A stretch of 64,000 nucleotides of DNA from Thermoplasmata archaeon (GTDB lineage: Archaea; Thermoplasmatota; Thermoplasmata; Lutacidiplasmatales; UBA184): assembly GCA_035933635.1 (NCBI GenBank), contig DASYYY010000030.1:2911-66910 (forward strand). Reading direction: 5' to 3'. Below, in pieces: positions 32,235 through 42,490 of the stretch. The translations under genes and the position numbers were made by a program. The notes below the pieces were generated by a model. It was not told the DNA's origin. It searched no databases and saw nothing but the letters and a program-made list of their open reading frames with translations. Numbering within the stretch: position 1 is the stretch's first letter; every line of letters begins with the position of its first letter.

Positions 32235-35200
32235 ATGGGGGAAGGGACCATAACGAACGAATCGGACCGCTGGCGGAGTCGTCGCGCGCTGTCGACGATC
32301 ACCGCGGCGATCGTGATGATTGTCGTTGTCGTCGTCGTGGGCGCGGCCGCCTACGTCGCGCTCGGCAACGCCGGCAAGGGAGGGAACGAGACCAAGCTGA
32401 CCTGCTGGCCTCCCAATAGCCAGGGGTGTGCGAAGATCGCGTCGAACCACGATCTGAAGGTCTTGGCACCGTTCAAGACCACTCAGACCGGCAACCCCGT
32501 GCCCTTCACCGTCATTGTTCCGACGGGATCGGCCTCTTCCTACAGTTTCAATTTCGGTGACGGAGCCACCGCCACCTCGACCACGCCCACCGTCGACCAC
32601 ACCTACGGCCAGCCGGGGAACTACCTCGTGCAGGTGTCCGCGTCGGTGAGCGGAGCTACCCATGACAATCTGAAGGCGCTCGCCTCGATCACGGTCAAGG
32701 CCTCCTACGCCTCGTTGACCGCGGGCAACGCTCCGAGCGTCGGCGGCGCCATCGTTTCCAACAGTTCAGCCTCGTCGGCCGCCACGGCGGTCCTCAGCCC
32801 GGGCAACACCGTGACCGTTTCGGGCAGTTATCTCGGTGCCCCGACCAACCCGAACTTCCTACCAGTGAACCCGCGCATCTACTCCGAGCCCAACGCATCG
32901 AGCCAGTCGAACTCCAGTAAATCGGCGACCGCGATCACCTCGGCTCTGACCTACGCCAACCCCGGGACCTACGTGGTGACCATGGTCGGCCAGGCTAACG
33001 GCGCCGGTCCCAGCGCCGGCCAGACCGCCTTCCAGGACTACAGCTGGACCGTCATCGTCGCACCGAGCGGCGTGTCGGCGGGCGTCGCGGGGGCCAACGT
33101 GGCCTCCGACCCCCACCCGGGCACGGTCATCTACTACAGCACAGCCCAGGGTGGAGCATCCTCGCTCGACCCGGCGATCGCTTACGACACGGTCAGCTAC
33201 GAGCCGATCCTCTCGGTCTATGAGGCGCTGATCATGTACAACGGTTCGCAGACCGGGCCGGACCCCTCGAACTACCTGCCGGTCCTGTCGACGTGCGTAC
33301 CTGGCCCGGCCAGCGCGTCGTGCCAGGCGCTCTACGGTTCGGGGAGCACGCTCTACGACCCGTCCACTCAGAGCTACACGTTCCCCATCGTCCAGAACGC
33401 CCGGTTCTACGACCCGAACACGAAAGCCAGCTGGCCCGTCTACCCAAGCGACGTGTTCTTCTCGATCGCCCGGACGTTGGCTTTCGGCAACATCCCTGGA
33501 TTCGGATCGCACAATGGCTGGATCATCGCGCAGTCGTTGCTTCCGGCTGGCAACCCGCTGTGGGACGGTGGTATCCACGCTCCGGTCAACAACACACCGC
33601 AGGCGATTGCGGCATCGATGACGGTGAACGGGACGGACTGCACCGCGGCCATCCTGAAGGACTCGAATGGATGTATCACCTTCCACGTAAATGGGGAGGG
33701 ACTGACGTGGCCGTACTTCCTCGAGCTCATTGCTGACCAGCTTGGCGGCTCCGTGGTCTCCTGCGGCTGGGTAAGCGCTATGGGCTCGACCGAAGGCTCG
33801 GCGCCAATCCCCGGCTGGACAGGCACCGCAAATGACCAACCGTGCCTGCTGCCTGGCGGTGCGCATTCGACCAACGACGCCTCCTTTACGACCTGGCTCG
33901 CCGCCCAGGCGCCGGAGTCGTGGGACGGTTACGAGGCGACAGGCGCAGGTCCGGCCAGCCTCGGGAATGTGATCAGCCAGATGGTCGGAACGGGACCCTT
34001 CTATCTCTCGGGCTACAGCATCGGGCAGTCCTACGCCCTCGCGTCAAGCCCGGCTTATCAGCCGAATCCGTTCTGCACGTGGCAGAACTGCATGCCGGCG
34101 GCCAACACGCAGAGCTCCAAGCACTACCCGCAGAAGGTCGAGGTCACCTGGGAGACGGACATCTCCGAAGGGGAGCAGGCGCTCGCGGCCGGTGTCGCCG
34201 ACACCGCCGGGATTCCTGCGACCGACACGGCGCTCGAACTGCAGTTGATCCAACAGGGCAAGGTGAACGCGCTGAGCTTCCCGTCGATCAGCATCTACTT
34301 CTTCCCCTACGACCTGTCGTTCAACCTCGCGCTGGCGCAGCACTACACGACGAACCCGATCACGGTGCCACCGGACTGGTTCACCTCCGTGGGGATGCGG
34401 AACTTCTTCACGGACGCGTACCCCTACTCCACGATCGAGTCCACGGTGCTGACCGTCGACGGAATCCAAACAGGGTTCGAGTATGGCGGTGCGATTCCGC
34501 AGTTCATGGCGAACTACTACCCGACGAACGTCTCCTGGCCGAGCCAGGACCCGGCGCAGGCCTGCGCGGCGGACGCCAGCGGGCCGAACTGTGCGTCGTG
34601 GTGGTGGACGCAGTTGACCACGCCCTCGAGCCCGTACTACGACCCCGAGGCAGCGAAGTGTACCACGAGCGCGCCGTGCCAGCTCCCGCTGGTCGGTGAG
34701 ACCGGTTCACCGCCGCTCGACCAGCAAGAGAACCTGTGGGTGAACTCCATCAACGCGCTCTCCGGCGGCAAGCTCAAGGTCGTGTACACGGACATCAACT
34801 TCGGGCAGCTCGTGACGAACTCCCTGTTCGCTGCGCCGTACCAGAACTCGATGCCCTTCTACACGCTGGGCTGGGCGCCCGACTACCCCGACCCGACGGA
34901 CTACGTCAACCCGCTGTTTATTCCGAACAGTACCTACACCTACGGCGACGCGGTGGCGGAGCAACTGAGCTCTCTCAATAGCTCGAGCTGCGACCAGAAC
35001 CTGTGGGACTACTCCAACGGGAAGGCGTCGGTCACCCAGGCCTGCCAGGGCGCAGCGTACAACCTGATGACCAACGCCCTCACCGTCGCGGCGGTCACTC
35101 CGGCGGGTCCGTACCGGGTCCTGCTCTACAACGCGGCCGAGCACATCGCCAAGGAGCTCGCGCTCTACACCTACCAGTACCAGTCGAACCAGCAGTTCGT

Positions 35201-35309
35201 CATGTCCAGCTGGGTGAGCATCTCGTCGATCAACACCAACGTGACCACGGGTGGCGGCGGGGACTTCATCTGGTGGGGCCTGAGCGGCAACGGAGTCTGG
35301 GGTAGCTAG
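32235..35309 (+). CDS. ABC transporter substrate-binding protein 1, family 5 (OppA/DppA-like), double-sized (1024 aa), with N-terminal PKD-like module
   Basis: N-terminus RWRSRRALSTITAAIVMIVVVVVVGAAAYV. PKD-like SYSFNFGDGATATSTTPTVDHTYGQPGNYLV. Family-5 core blocks DPAIAYDTVSYEPILSVYEALI and GWAPDYPDPTDYVNPLF. GGTGA lies 9 nt upstream of the ATG. Confidence 0.85.
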   Translation: MGEGTITNESDRWRSRRALSTITAAIVMIVVVVVVGAAAYVALGNAGKGGNETKLTCWPPNSQGCAKIASNHDLKVLAPFKTTQTGNPVPFTVIVPTGSASSYSFNFGDGATATSTTPTVDHTYGQPGNYLVQVSASVSGATHDNLKALASITVKASYASLTAGNAPSVGGAIVSNSSASSAATAVLSPGNTVTVSGSYLGAPTNPNFLPVNPRIYSEPNASSQSNSSKSATAITSALTYANPGTYVVTMVGQANGAGPSAGQTAFQDYSWTVIVAPSGVSAGVAGANVASDPHPGTVIYYSTAQGGASSLDPAIAYDTVSYEPILSVYEALIMYNGSQTGPDPSNYLPVLSTCVPGPASASCQALYGSGSTLYDPSTQSYTFPIVQNARFYDPNTKASWPVYPSDVFFSIARTLAFGNIPGFGSHNGWIIAQSLLPAGNPLWDGGIHAPVNNTPQAIAASMTVNGTDCTAAILKDSNGCITFHVNGEGLTWPYFLELIADQLGGSVVSCGWVSAMGSTEGSAPIPGWTGTANDQPCLLPGGAHSTNDASFTTWLAAQAPESWDGYEATGAGPASLGNVISQMVGTGPFYLSGYSIGQSYALASSPAYQPNPFCTWQNCMPAANTQSSKHYPQKVEVTWETDISEGEQALAAGVADTAGIPATDTALELQLIQQGKVNALSFPSISIYFFPYDLSFNLALAQHYTTNPITVPPDWFTSVGMRNFFTDAYPYSTIESTVLTVDGIQTGFEYGGAIPQFMANYYPTNVSWPSQDPAQACAADASGPNCASWWWTQLTTPSSPYYDPEAAKCTTSAPCQLPLVGETGSPPLDQQENLWVNSINALSGGKLKVVYTDINFGQLVTNSLFAAPYQNSMPFYTLGWAPDYPDPTDYVNPLFIPNSTYTYGDAVAEQLSSLNSSSCDQNLWDYSNGKASVTQACQGAAYNLMTNALTVAAVTPAGPYRVLLYNAAEHIAKELALYTYQYQSNQQFVMSSWVSISSINTNVTTGGGGDFIWWGLSGNGVWGS

Positions 35310-35336
35310 GCGGAGAGCCCCCGATCTCCGGGCCAA

Positions 35337-35358
35337 CCTTTTCCTTCTTCTTCCCGAC
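35337..35358 (+). terminator. Pyrimidine-rich tract after the stop codon (ccttttccttcttcttcccgac)
   Basis: T/C run about 28 nt after stop 35309. Archaeal terminators are typically T-rich. Contains the shared 11-mer TTCTTCCCGAC. Confidence 0.3.
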
Positions 35359-35414
35359 CGAAATTCCTGCGGAGAGCTCCGCTCCAGAGCGGTCGCGTCG
35401 ACCGCCCGCCGGGT

Positions 35415-35852
35415 TCAGAGGAACTCGGTCGGGTCCGGTCCCGTCACCGGGATGGGGTCGACGCCCCGGCGCATCGTCTCGCCCTCGATCGTCCAGCGCC
35501 CGAACCGGAACGGACGGTACCAGGTCGGGTGGAACGGCCCGCGCCGCCACTCCTTCTCGAGGTTGGGGCGGTACCAGAGGTACTCGTAGCCGAGGTACTC
35601 GAGATAGGTCGCGAGCACGAGGCTCGGGATCATGGCCGCGAGGATCAGCGGCCGGACGAACGACGTGACGATCAGGGCGTCGACGACGAAGAACCCCAGC
35701 AGGCCCCACCAGCGGAGGAAATCGTAGTAGAAGTACTGCGTCCAGGACGGACCGGGGTCATCGACGAGCTTCTGGCGCTCCTCGTCGGAGAGCGGGGAGC
35801 GGTAGACCTGCCACCAGCTCTGTTTGGCGCGTCGGGAACCGCCGTCGGCCAT
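35415..35852 (-). CDS. Hypothetical small membrane protein (2 TM helices, Trp/Tyr-rich), last gene of the opp operon
   Basis: FLRWWGLLGFFVVDALIVTSFV and LILAAMIPSLVLATYLEYL helices. Good G/C at codon position 3. Starts 26 nt downstream of the oppF stop. Confidence 0.5.
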   Translation of the reverse strand: MADGGSRRAKQSWWQVYRSPLSDEERQKLVDDPGPSWTQYFYYDFLRWWGLLGFFVVDALIVTSFVRPLILAAMIPSLVLATYLEYLGYEYLWYRPNLEKEWRRGPFHPTWYRPFRFGRWTIEGETMRRGVDPIPVTGPDPTEFL

Positions 35853-35877
35853 GGGCTCGGGGCCCTCCTCCCGCGCC

Positions 35878-37110
35878 CTACGGGGCGACCGGCGGGGCCA
35901 CGGCGGCGGGGCCCGGTGCGGACGCAGCGGTCAGCTTGCCGTGGACCTCGGTCTTGGCACTGACGGGCAGCCCGCCCTCCCCGCCCAGCGTCTCGGCCGG
36001 GTAGAGGTGGCAGGCGACGAAGTGGCCGGGCTTGACGGCGAGCAGCGGCGGCTCGACCTTGGAGCAGATGGGCATCACCGCCGGGCAGCGGGTGTGGAAG
36101 CGGCAGCCCGGCGGTGGCGCGGCCGGACTCGGGACGTCGCCGGAGAGGATGATCCGTTCGCGCTTGAGGTCCGGGTCCGGGATCGGGATGGCCGCGAGCA
36201 GCGCCTGGGTGTACGGATGGAGAGGGCGGGTGAACAGCTCCTCGGTGGGTGCCTGCTCGGCGACCTTGCCGAGGTACATCACCACGACCCGGTGGGAGAC
36301 GGCGCGCACCACCGACAGGTGGTGGGAGATGAACAGGTAGCTCAGCTCCTGCTCGAGCTGGAGCTTTTTCAGGATGTTGAGGATCTGCGCCTGGACCGAG
36401 ACGTCCAGCGCGCTCGTCGGCTCGTCGAGCACGATGAAATCCGGTCGCAACGCGAGCGCCCGGGCGATCCCGATGCGTTGGCGTTGCCCGCCGGAGAACT
36501 CGTGGGGGAACCTCCAGAGGTGCTCGGGGTTGAGCCCGACGGCCTGGAGCAGTTCGGCGACCCGCTTGTAGCGCTCGGCGCGGGTGCCCATGTGGTGGAT
36601 CTCGAGCGGCTCGGAGACGATGTCCCGCACCAGGAGGCGGGGGCTGAGGGAGGAGAACGGGTCCTGGAAGACGATCTGGAGCTTCCCCCTCAGGTCGTGG
36701 AGCCGGCGCCCGGACATCCGGTAGATGGAGTACTTCTGGGCCAAGCCGTCGAGCTCCTTGGCGATGGCGCCGCCGGCCTTGCGGTCGGCGTGGCCGTTGT
36801 CCCCGGCGGCCTGGGTCTGGGCGAGCTCGCCGTAGAGGGTATCGAGCCGAGCCTGGACTTCGGGCGGGGGTCGGTAGAAGGTGTGGCCGCTCGTCGGTTC
36901 GATGAGCCTCAGGATGAGCCGGCCGGCGGTGGTCTTACCGCATCCGCTCTCGCCGACGAGGCCGACGGTCTCGCCCTTGTAGATGTCGAAACTGATCCCA
37001 TCGACCGCCCGGACGTCGCCGATGTGGGAGGAGAAGATCCCGCCCCGGATGGGGAAATACTTCCGTACGTTCCGTACGGACAGCAGGACTTCTTTCGAAC
37101 CGTTTTCCAT
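35878..37110 (-). CDS. oppF: Oligopeptide/dipeptide ABC transporter ATPase (OppF-like)
   Basis: Walker A GESGCGKTT, signature FSGGQRQR, Walker B FIVLDEPTSALD, and C-terminal oligopeptide-transporter motif HPYTQALL...PPGCRFHTRCP. Has an extra segment of about 60 aa after Walker A and a Pro/Ala-rich tail. Confidence 0.9.
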   Translation of the reverse strand: MENGSKEVLLSVRNVRKYFPIRGGIFSSHIGDVRAVDGISFDIYKGETVGLVGESGCGKTTAGRLILRLIEPTSGHTFYRPPPEVQARLDTLYGELAQTQAAGDNGHADRKAGGAIAKELDGLAQKYSIYRMSGRRLHDLRGKLQIVFQDPFSSLSPRLLVRDIVSEPLEIHHMGTRAERYKRVAELLQAVGLNPEHLWRFPHEFSGGQRQRIGIARALALRPDFIVLDEPTSALDVSVQAQILNILKKLQLEQELSYLFISHHLSVVRAVSHRVVVMYLGKVAEQAPTEELFTRPLHPYTQALLAAIPIPDPDLKRERIILSGDVPSPAAPPPGCRFHTRCPAVMPICSKVEPPLLAVKPGHFVACHLYPAETLGGEGGLPVSAKTEVHGKLTAASAPGPAAVAPPVAP

Positions 37111-37131
37111 TCCGACGGACCCCTGCGACCC

Positions 37132-38970
<1,839 letters not shown>

Positions 38971-38980
38971 CGGACCGGGC

Positions 38981-40129
38981 TCACCGCCTCAGGCGCGGGT
39001 CGAGGGCGTCGCGGAGCCCGTCGGAGAGGAAATTGACCGAGATGGCGAAGAAGAACAACGTCAGACCCGGCAGGAAGATCTGCCACCAGGGGAACACGCA
39101 CGACGTGTCCGACAGGCAGTAGGTCAGGATGCTCTTCATGAACGTCTCGTTCACGCTCAGCGCGGTGATCGAGCCCCATTCGGGGAAGTAGGTGCTCGGG
39201 AAGATCGAGAACCCGAGGAACACCAGCACCGCCAGCGACAACGGGATGGTCCCGACGTCGAGCGACATCTGGACGAAGACCGGGTACAGGCTGTTGGGCA
39301 CGATGTGCTTGCGCAGGATGCGCGTCGAACGCGCCCCGCTCGCCTTGGCCGCCTCGACGTACTTCTGCTCGCGCGTGACCAACACCTGGCCGCGGACGAT
39401 ACGGGTGTAGATCGGCCAGTCGGTGATGATGAACGCGATGATCAACAGCCACAGATGGCCGTAGAGCCCGGGGATGACCGTCCCCGCCGTCGAGAGGATG
39501 ACGATGAGGAGCAACAGCCCCGGGATGGAGAGGAAGATGTCGGTGAACCGCATGATGCCCTCGTCGACATACCCGCCGCTGTAGCCGGCGATCGAGCCGA
39601 GCAGCAGCCCAATCAGCGAGCCGGAGATGACCACCGAGGCCGCGATCCCGAGCGACCACGGGGCGCCCTTGATCAGCCCGGCGTACAGGTTGAAGAAGTA
39701 GGGGCCTCCGGCCGAGACGGTGAGCGAGCCCATCGGCAAGGGGCCCGGATGGTAGGGCACGAAAGTGAACGTCGGAGCGATCAGCGACTTGTCGTTCAGC
39801 GGCACGGGGTAGCAGGTCGAGTTCGCCGGCGCGGGCGAGCCGATCGGGTAGGTGCAGATGCATCCCTGGGTCGGGCCGCCGAAGGTCCCGCACAGCTGAG
39901 AGAGACCTCCGCTCGAATCGAGCGGGGTCGAGAAGAAGAACGAGTACAGGGCGATGCCGATGAAGAACAGCAGGATCCCGAGCCCGACGATGGCCAGCCG
40001 GTTGCGCCGCAGCAGGTAGAGCGTCCGCTTCAGCTGCTGGATCTGGGGGCTCGGCCGCTTGCCCCGGAGGACGGCGCCCTCGGTCCCCCCGGAGGTCGGC
40101 GCCGTACCGGAGGGCAGCGCGGGCGTCAT
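38981..40129 (-). CDS. oppC: Oligopeptide ABC transporter permease (OppC-like)
   Basis: Six hydrophobic segments. EAA-like region YVEAAKASGARSTRILRKHIVPN. The start overlaps the oppB stop (ATGA). Confidence 0.9.
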   Translation of the reverse strand: MTPALPSGTAPTSGGTEGAVLRGKRPSPQIQQLKRTLYLLRRNRLAIVGLGILLFFIGIALYSFFFSTPLDSSGGLSQLCGTFGGPTQGCICTYPIGSPAPANSTCYPVPLNDKSLIAPTFTFVPYHPGPLPMGSLTVSAGGPYFFNLYAGLIKGAPWSLGIAASVVISGSLIGLLLGSIAGYSGGYVDEGIMRFTDIFLSIPGLLLLIVILSTAGTVIPGLYGHLWLLIIAFIITDWPIYTRIVRGQVLVTREQKYVEAAKASGARSTRILRKHIVPNSLYPVFVQMSLDVGTIPLSLAVLVFLGFSIFPSTYFPEWGSITALSVNETFMKSILTYCLSDTSCVFPWWQIFLPGLTLFFFAISVNFLSDGLRDALDPRLRR

Positions 40130-41376
40130 CCGAGCCGCACCCTCGGGTCGAGGTAGGCGTAGAGGATGTCGACGATGATGTTCGCAATGACCACGATGAA
40201 GGTGAACAACAGCGTCGTGCCGAAGATCAGCCCGTAGTCGAGCTCCATCGCCGGATTGACCGCCTGCACGAGCAGTTGTCCGATCCCTTTGATCCCGAAG
40301 ACCGACTCGTAGACGGGGAATCCGCCGACGAACGCGGCGAAGACCAGACCGAGCACGGTGATGGTGACGTTCAGACTGTTACGACCGGCGTGCTTGCTGA
40401 CCACGACGGCCTCGGGCACGCCCTTGGCCCGCGCGGTGCGCACGAAATCCAGGTTCATGACCTCGAGCATGCTGTTGCGGACGAATCGCAGGATCAGCGC
40501 GACCGAGCCGAAGGCGATGGCGAAGGCGGGGAGCAGCAGCCGCTTGACCGACTCCCCGGCGAGATACCAGTCTTGCGCGCGGTACTGCGAACCGGAATCG
40601 GTCAGAGCATGAAAGACCGCGTCGATGGTCGGGAATCCGGTAGGACTGGTGTGGTAATGATTGGAGTAACCGACCCATGAGGGGTACACGCCGTTGATCA
40701 TGCAGTTCTGGTCGGGCCAGCTGCCGAACCACAGGTCGTAGGGGGTGGCGAGGTGATTGCACAAATTGGTCGAGATCCCTCCCGATAACACCACCGCGGC
40801 GAACAGCAGGAGGACGGCGAGGAGGAACCCCGGGAAGGCGAAACCGGAGAAGGACAGCACCCGGGCGCCTTGGTCGAACGGCCGATTTCGGTAGACCGCC
40901 GAGTAGTTACCCACCGGGATCGCGAGCAACAAGATCAGGGTCAACGCGATGGCGGCCAGCTCGAGCGTGTACGGAAGGTACCAACTGAGCACGGTCAGGA
41001 CGGGGACCGATTGATCTTGCGTTCCGGCAAAGACGGCGGCGGTACTATGCGGATCCGTGTACCCCCAATTCAAAGTCAGACTATCGTAGATGTATCGACC
41101 CCATTGTACCGGAATCGGTTGGTCGAGCCCGAGTTGGTGCACCGCCCGGGTATAGGTCGGGTTCGTGCAGTTTACCGGCGAGTTCGTTGGGCACGGGCCG
41201 GAGCCCGGCGGACAGGTGGGGTTGTACCCGCAGGGGGCGCGCGTCGGGCCAAGGTAGGCCAGAATGTGGCTGGGGATGGGAACGGCGTTGACGAGCACGA
41301 ACGTGATCGTCATCACGCCGATGACGACCGGTATCAAAAGCAGGCAGCGTCGAATGATGTAGACCCACATCTTCAT
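40126..41376 (-). CDS. oppB: Oligopeptide ABC transporter permease (OppB-like) with enlarged Cys-containing extracytoplasmic loops
   Basis: N-terminus MKMWVYIIRRCLLLIPVVIGV. EAA-like DFVRTARAKGVPEAVVVSKHAGRN. C-terminus DILYAYLDPRVR. GGGGTG lies 7 nt upstream of ATG 41376. The track start at 41421 is too close to the TATA box. Confidence 0.9.
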   Translation of the reverse strand: MKMWVYIIRRCLLLIPVVIGVMTITFVLVNAVPIPSHILAYLGPTRAPCGYNPTCPPGSGPCPTNSPVNCTNPTYTRAVHQLGLDQPIPVQWGRYIYDSLTLNWGYTDPHSTAAVFAGTQDQSVPVLTVLSWYLPYTLELAAIALTLILLLAIPVGNYSAVYRNRPFDQGARVLSFSGFAFPGFLLAVLLLFAAVVLSGGISTNLCNHLATPYDLWFGSWPDQNCMINGVYPSWVGYSNHYHTSPTGFPTIDAVFHALTDSGSQYRAQDWYLAGESVKRLLLPAFAIAFGSVALILRFVRNSMLEVMNLDFVRTARAKGVPEAVVVSKHAGRNSLNVTITVLGLVFAAFVGGFPVYESVFGIKGIGQLLVQAVNPAMELDYGLIFGTTLLFTFIVVIANIIVDILYAYLDPRVRLG

Positions 41377-41432
41377 GGGAGAACACCCCGTGCTAGCACT
41401 CGACTCGGACCGCCGGTCCACCCGACCCGGGG

Positions 41433-41439
41433 TATATAT
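41433..41439 (-). promoter_or_regulatory. TATA box (CCATATATACC on the minus strand) about 60 nt upstream of the oppB ATG
   Basis: Same GGTATATAT core and same TATA-to-ATG distance as the two SBP genes. Palindromes GGACCG-C-CGGTCC (41407-41419) and GTGCTAGCAC (41390-41399) lie in the predicted 5-prime UTR. Confidence 0.5.
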
Positions 41440-41570
41440 GGATTTGAACGGATTCTGCCCGTGAATACGCGCCCGACCGGGCGGTCAGGCCTTCCGTTAG
41501 GAATCCGCAGCTCCGGGGTCGAGGTGTCGGTCGTTGGGCCGGAAGCGCCCGGCGGGGACCGAGGGGGCGT

Positions 41571-41912
41571 TCAGTACAGCGGCAGACTACGTGTGATCGG
41601 ATCGATCTCCGCCGCCGGTGCCGGACCGACCCCGAGGCAGGTCTTGGTGCCGGGGGGGACCTCGGTGAACCCCGCGTCCTCCACCAGGACCGTCGGTATC
41701 CCGCGGTTCGCGGCTCGACGGCGGATCGACTCGAGCTCGTCCAGGGTCGACACCACGAGCACGATCTTCTTCTGACCGGCCCGTTCCCACGCGGCGAGCC
41801 ACTCGCCCCGGCGCCGCTCGGCCTCGCGCACCAGCATCACCGCCGCGTGCGCAACCTGCGCGGCGGCCTTGCCCGGCGTGAGTCGCAACTCCCCGCGCAG
41901 CACCACGACCAT
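41571..41912 (-). CDS. pth2: Peptidyl-tRNA hydrolase, archaeal type (Pth2)
   Basis: 113 aa with MVVVLRGELRLTPGKAAAQVAHAAV...GQKKIVL...VEDAGFTEVPPGTKTCLGVGP, the conserved Pth2 pattern. Confidence 0.9.
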   Translation of the reverse strand: MVVVLRGELRLTPGKAAAQVAHAAVMLVREAERRRGEWLAAWERAGQKKIVLVVSTLDELESIRRRAANRGIPTVLVEDAGFTEVPPGTKTCLGVGPAPAAEIDPITRSLPLY

Positions 41913-41940
41913 CTTCAGGTCGGAGGCGGCACCGGAACGA

Positions 41941-42480
41941 TCAGTCGGCGTAATCGGCGGACCTCCGCTCTTTCAGCGCTTCGACCTCCGTGTCGATTGA
42001 CCGCAGTCGTTCGCGCAACATGGATTGCTCGGCGGCGGACCGGTTCCCGTGACGGAGCTGGCGTTGGACCGAGCGTGCCTCCACCCGTAACCGGGCGAGC
42101 TCGCGCAGGGTCGATTCGGGAGAATCGGCTCCCGGGGCGGGCTCGAGGGGGGGTGCGGCGGGCGGTTCGGCCGCGAAACCGCCTCGAAGGAACGCCACCG
42201 TCGCCGCGAGCGCGGTGACCGCCGCCAGGATCGACTCGAGCAGCGGGTCGGACCAACCGGCGGGGAACGTGCCCGTGGATCCGAACGTCAGGCCGAACCC
42301 CACCAGGATCGTCAGGGTGAGGCTGAGCAGGAACCCCAGCGTCGCCGTCTCGATGGCCCGGGTGATGGCGAGCGCGCCCGCGATCCTCCACTCGGGGAAG
42401 ACCGCCCGGACGATCGCGAGCCCGGGCAGGGCGAAGAAGAGCGCCCCGGCCGCGATCGCTTCGAGCGTGTCGAGGACCAT
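41941..42480 (-). CDS. Hypothetical membrane protein (3-4 TM helices) with C-terminal coiled-coil tail
   Basis: Hydrophobic helices (AIAAGALFFALPGLAIV, ATLGFLLSLTLTILVGFGL, ILAAVTALAATVAFL) followed by a charged heptad-like tail LRELARLRVEARSVQRQL...EVEALKERR. Confidence 0.5.
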   Translation of the reverse strand: MVLDTLEAIAAGALFFALPGLAIVRAVFPEWRIAGALAITRAIETATLGFLLSLTLTILVGFGLTFGSTGTFPAGWSDPLLESILAAVTALAATVAFLRGGFAAEPPAAPPLEPAPGADSPESTLRELARLRVEARSVQRQLRHGNRSAAEQSMLRERLRSIDTEVEALKERRSADYAD

Positions 42481-42490
42481 GCCGCCTCGG

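Noticed and set aside
33168-33212. A 45-nt tract nearly identical (2 mismatches) between SBP-1 and SBP-2 (51368-51412), considered as evidence for gene conversion
   Set aside because: The tract encodes the identical peptide DPAIAYDTVSYEPIL. With strong GC3 codon bias, identical peptides give near-identical DNA. Flanking DNA diverges normally.
41431-41455. tRNA-like T-loop sequence GGATTTGAACGG (reverse complement CCGTTCAAATCC) next to the oppB promoter
   Set aside because: The flanking bases do not form a T stem or an acceptor stem on either strand, and there is no cloverleaf. It is probably chance similarity adjacent to the TATA box.
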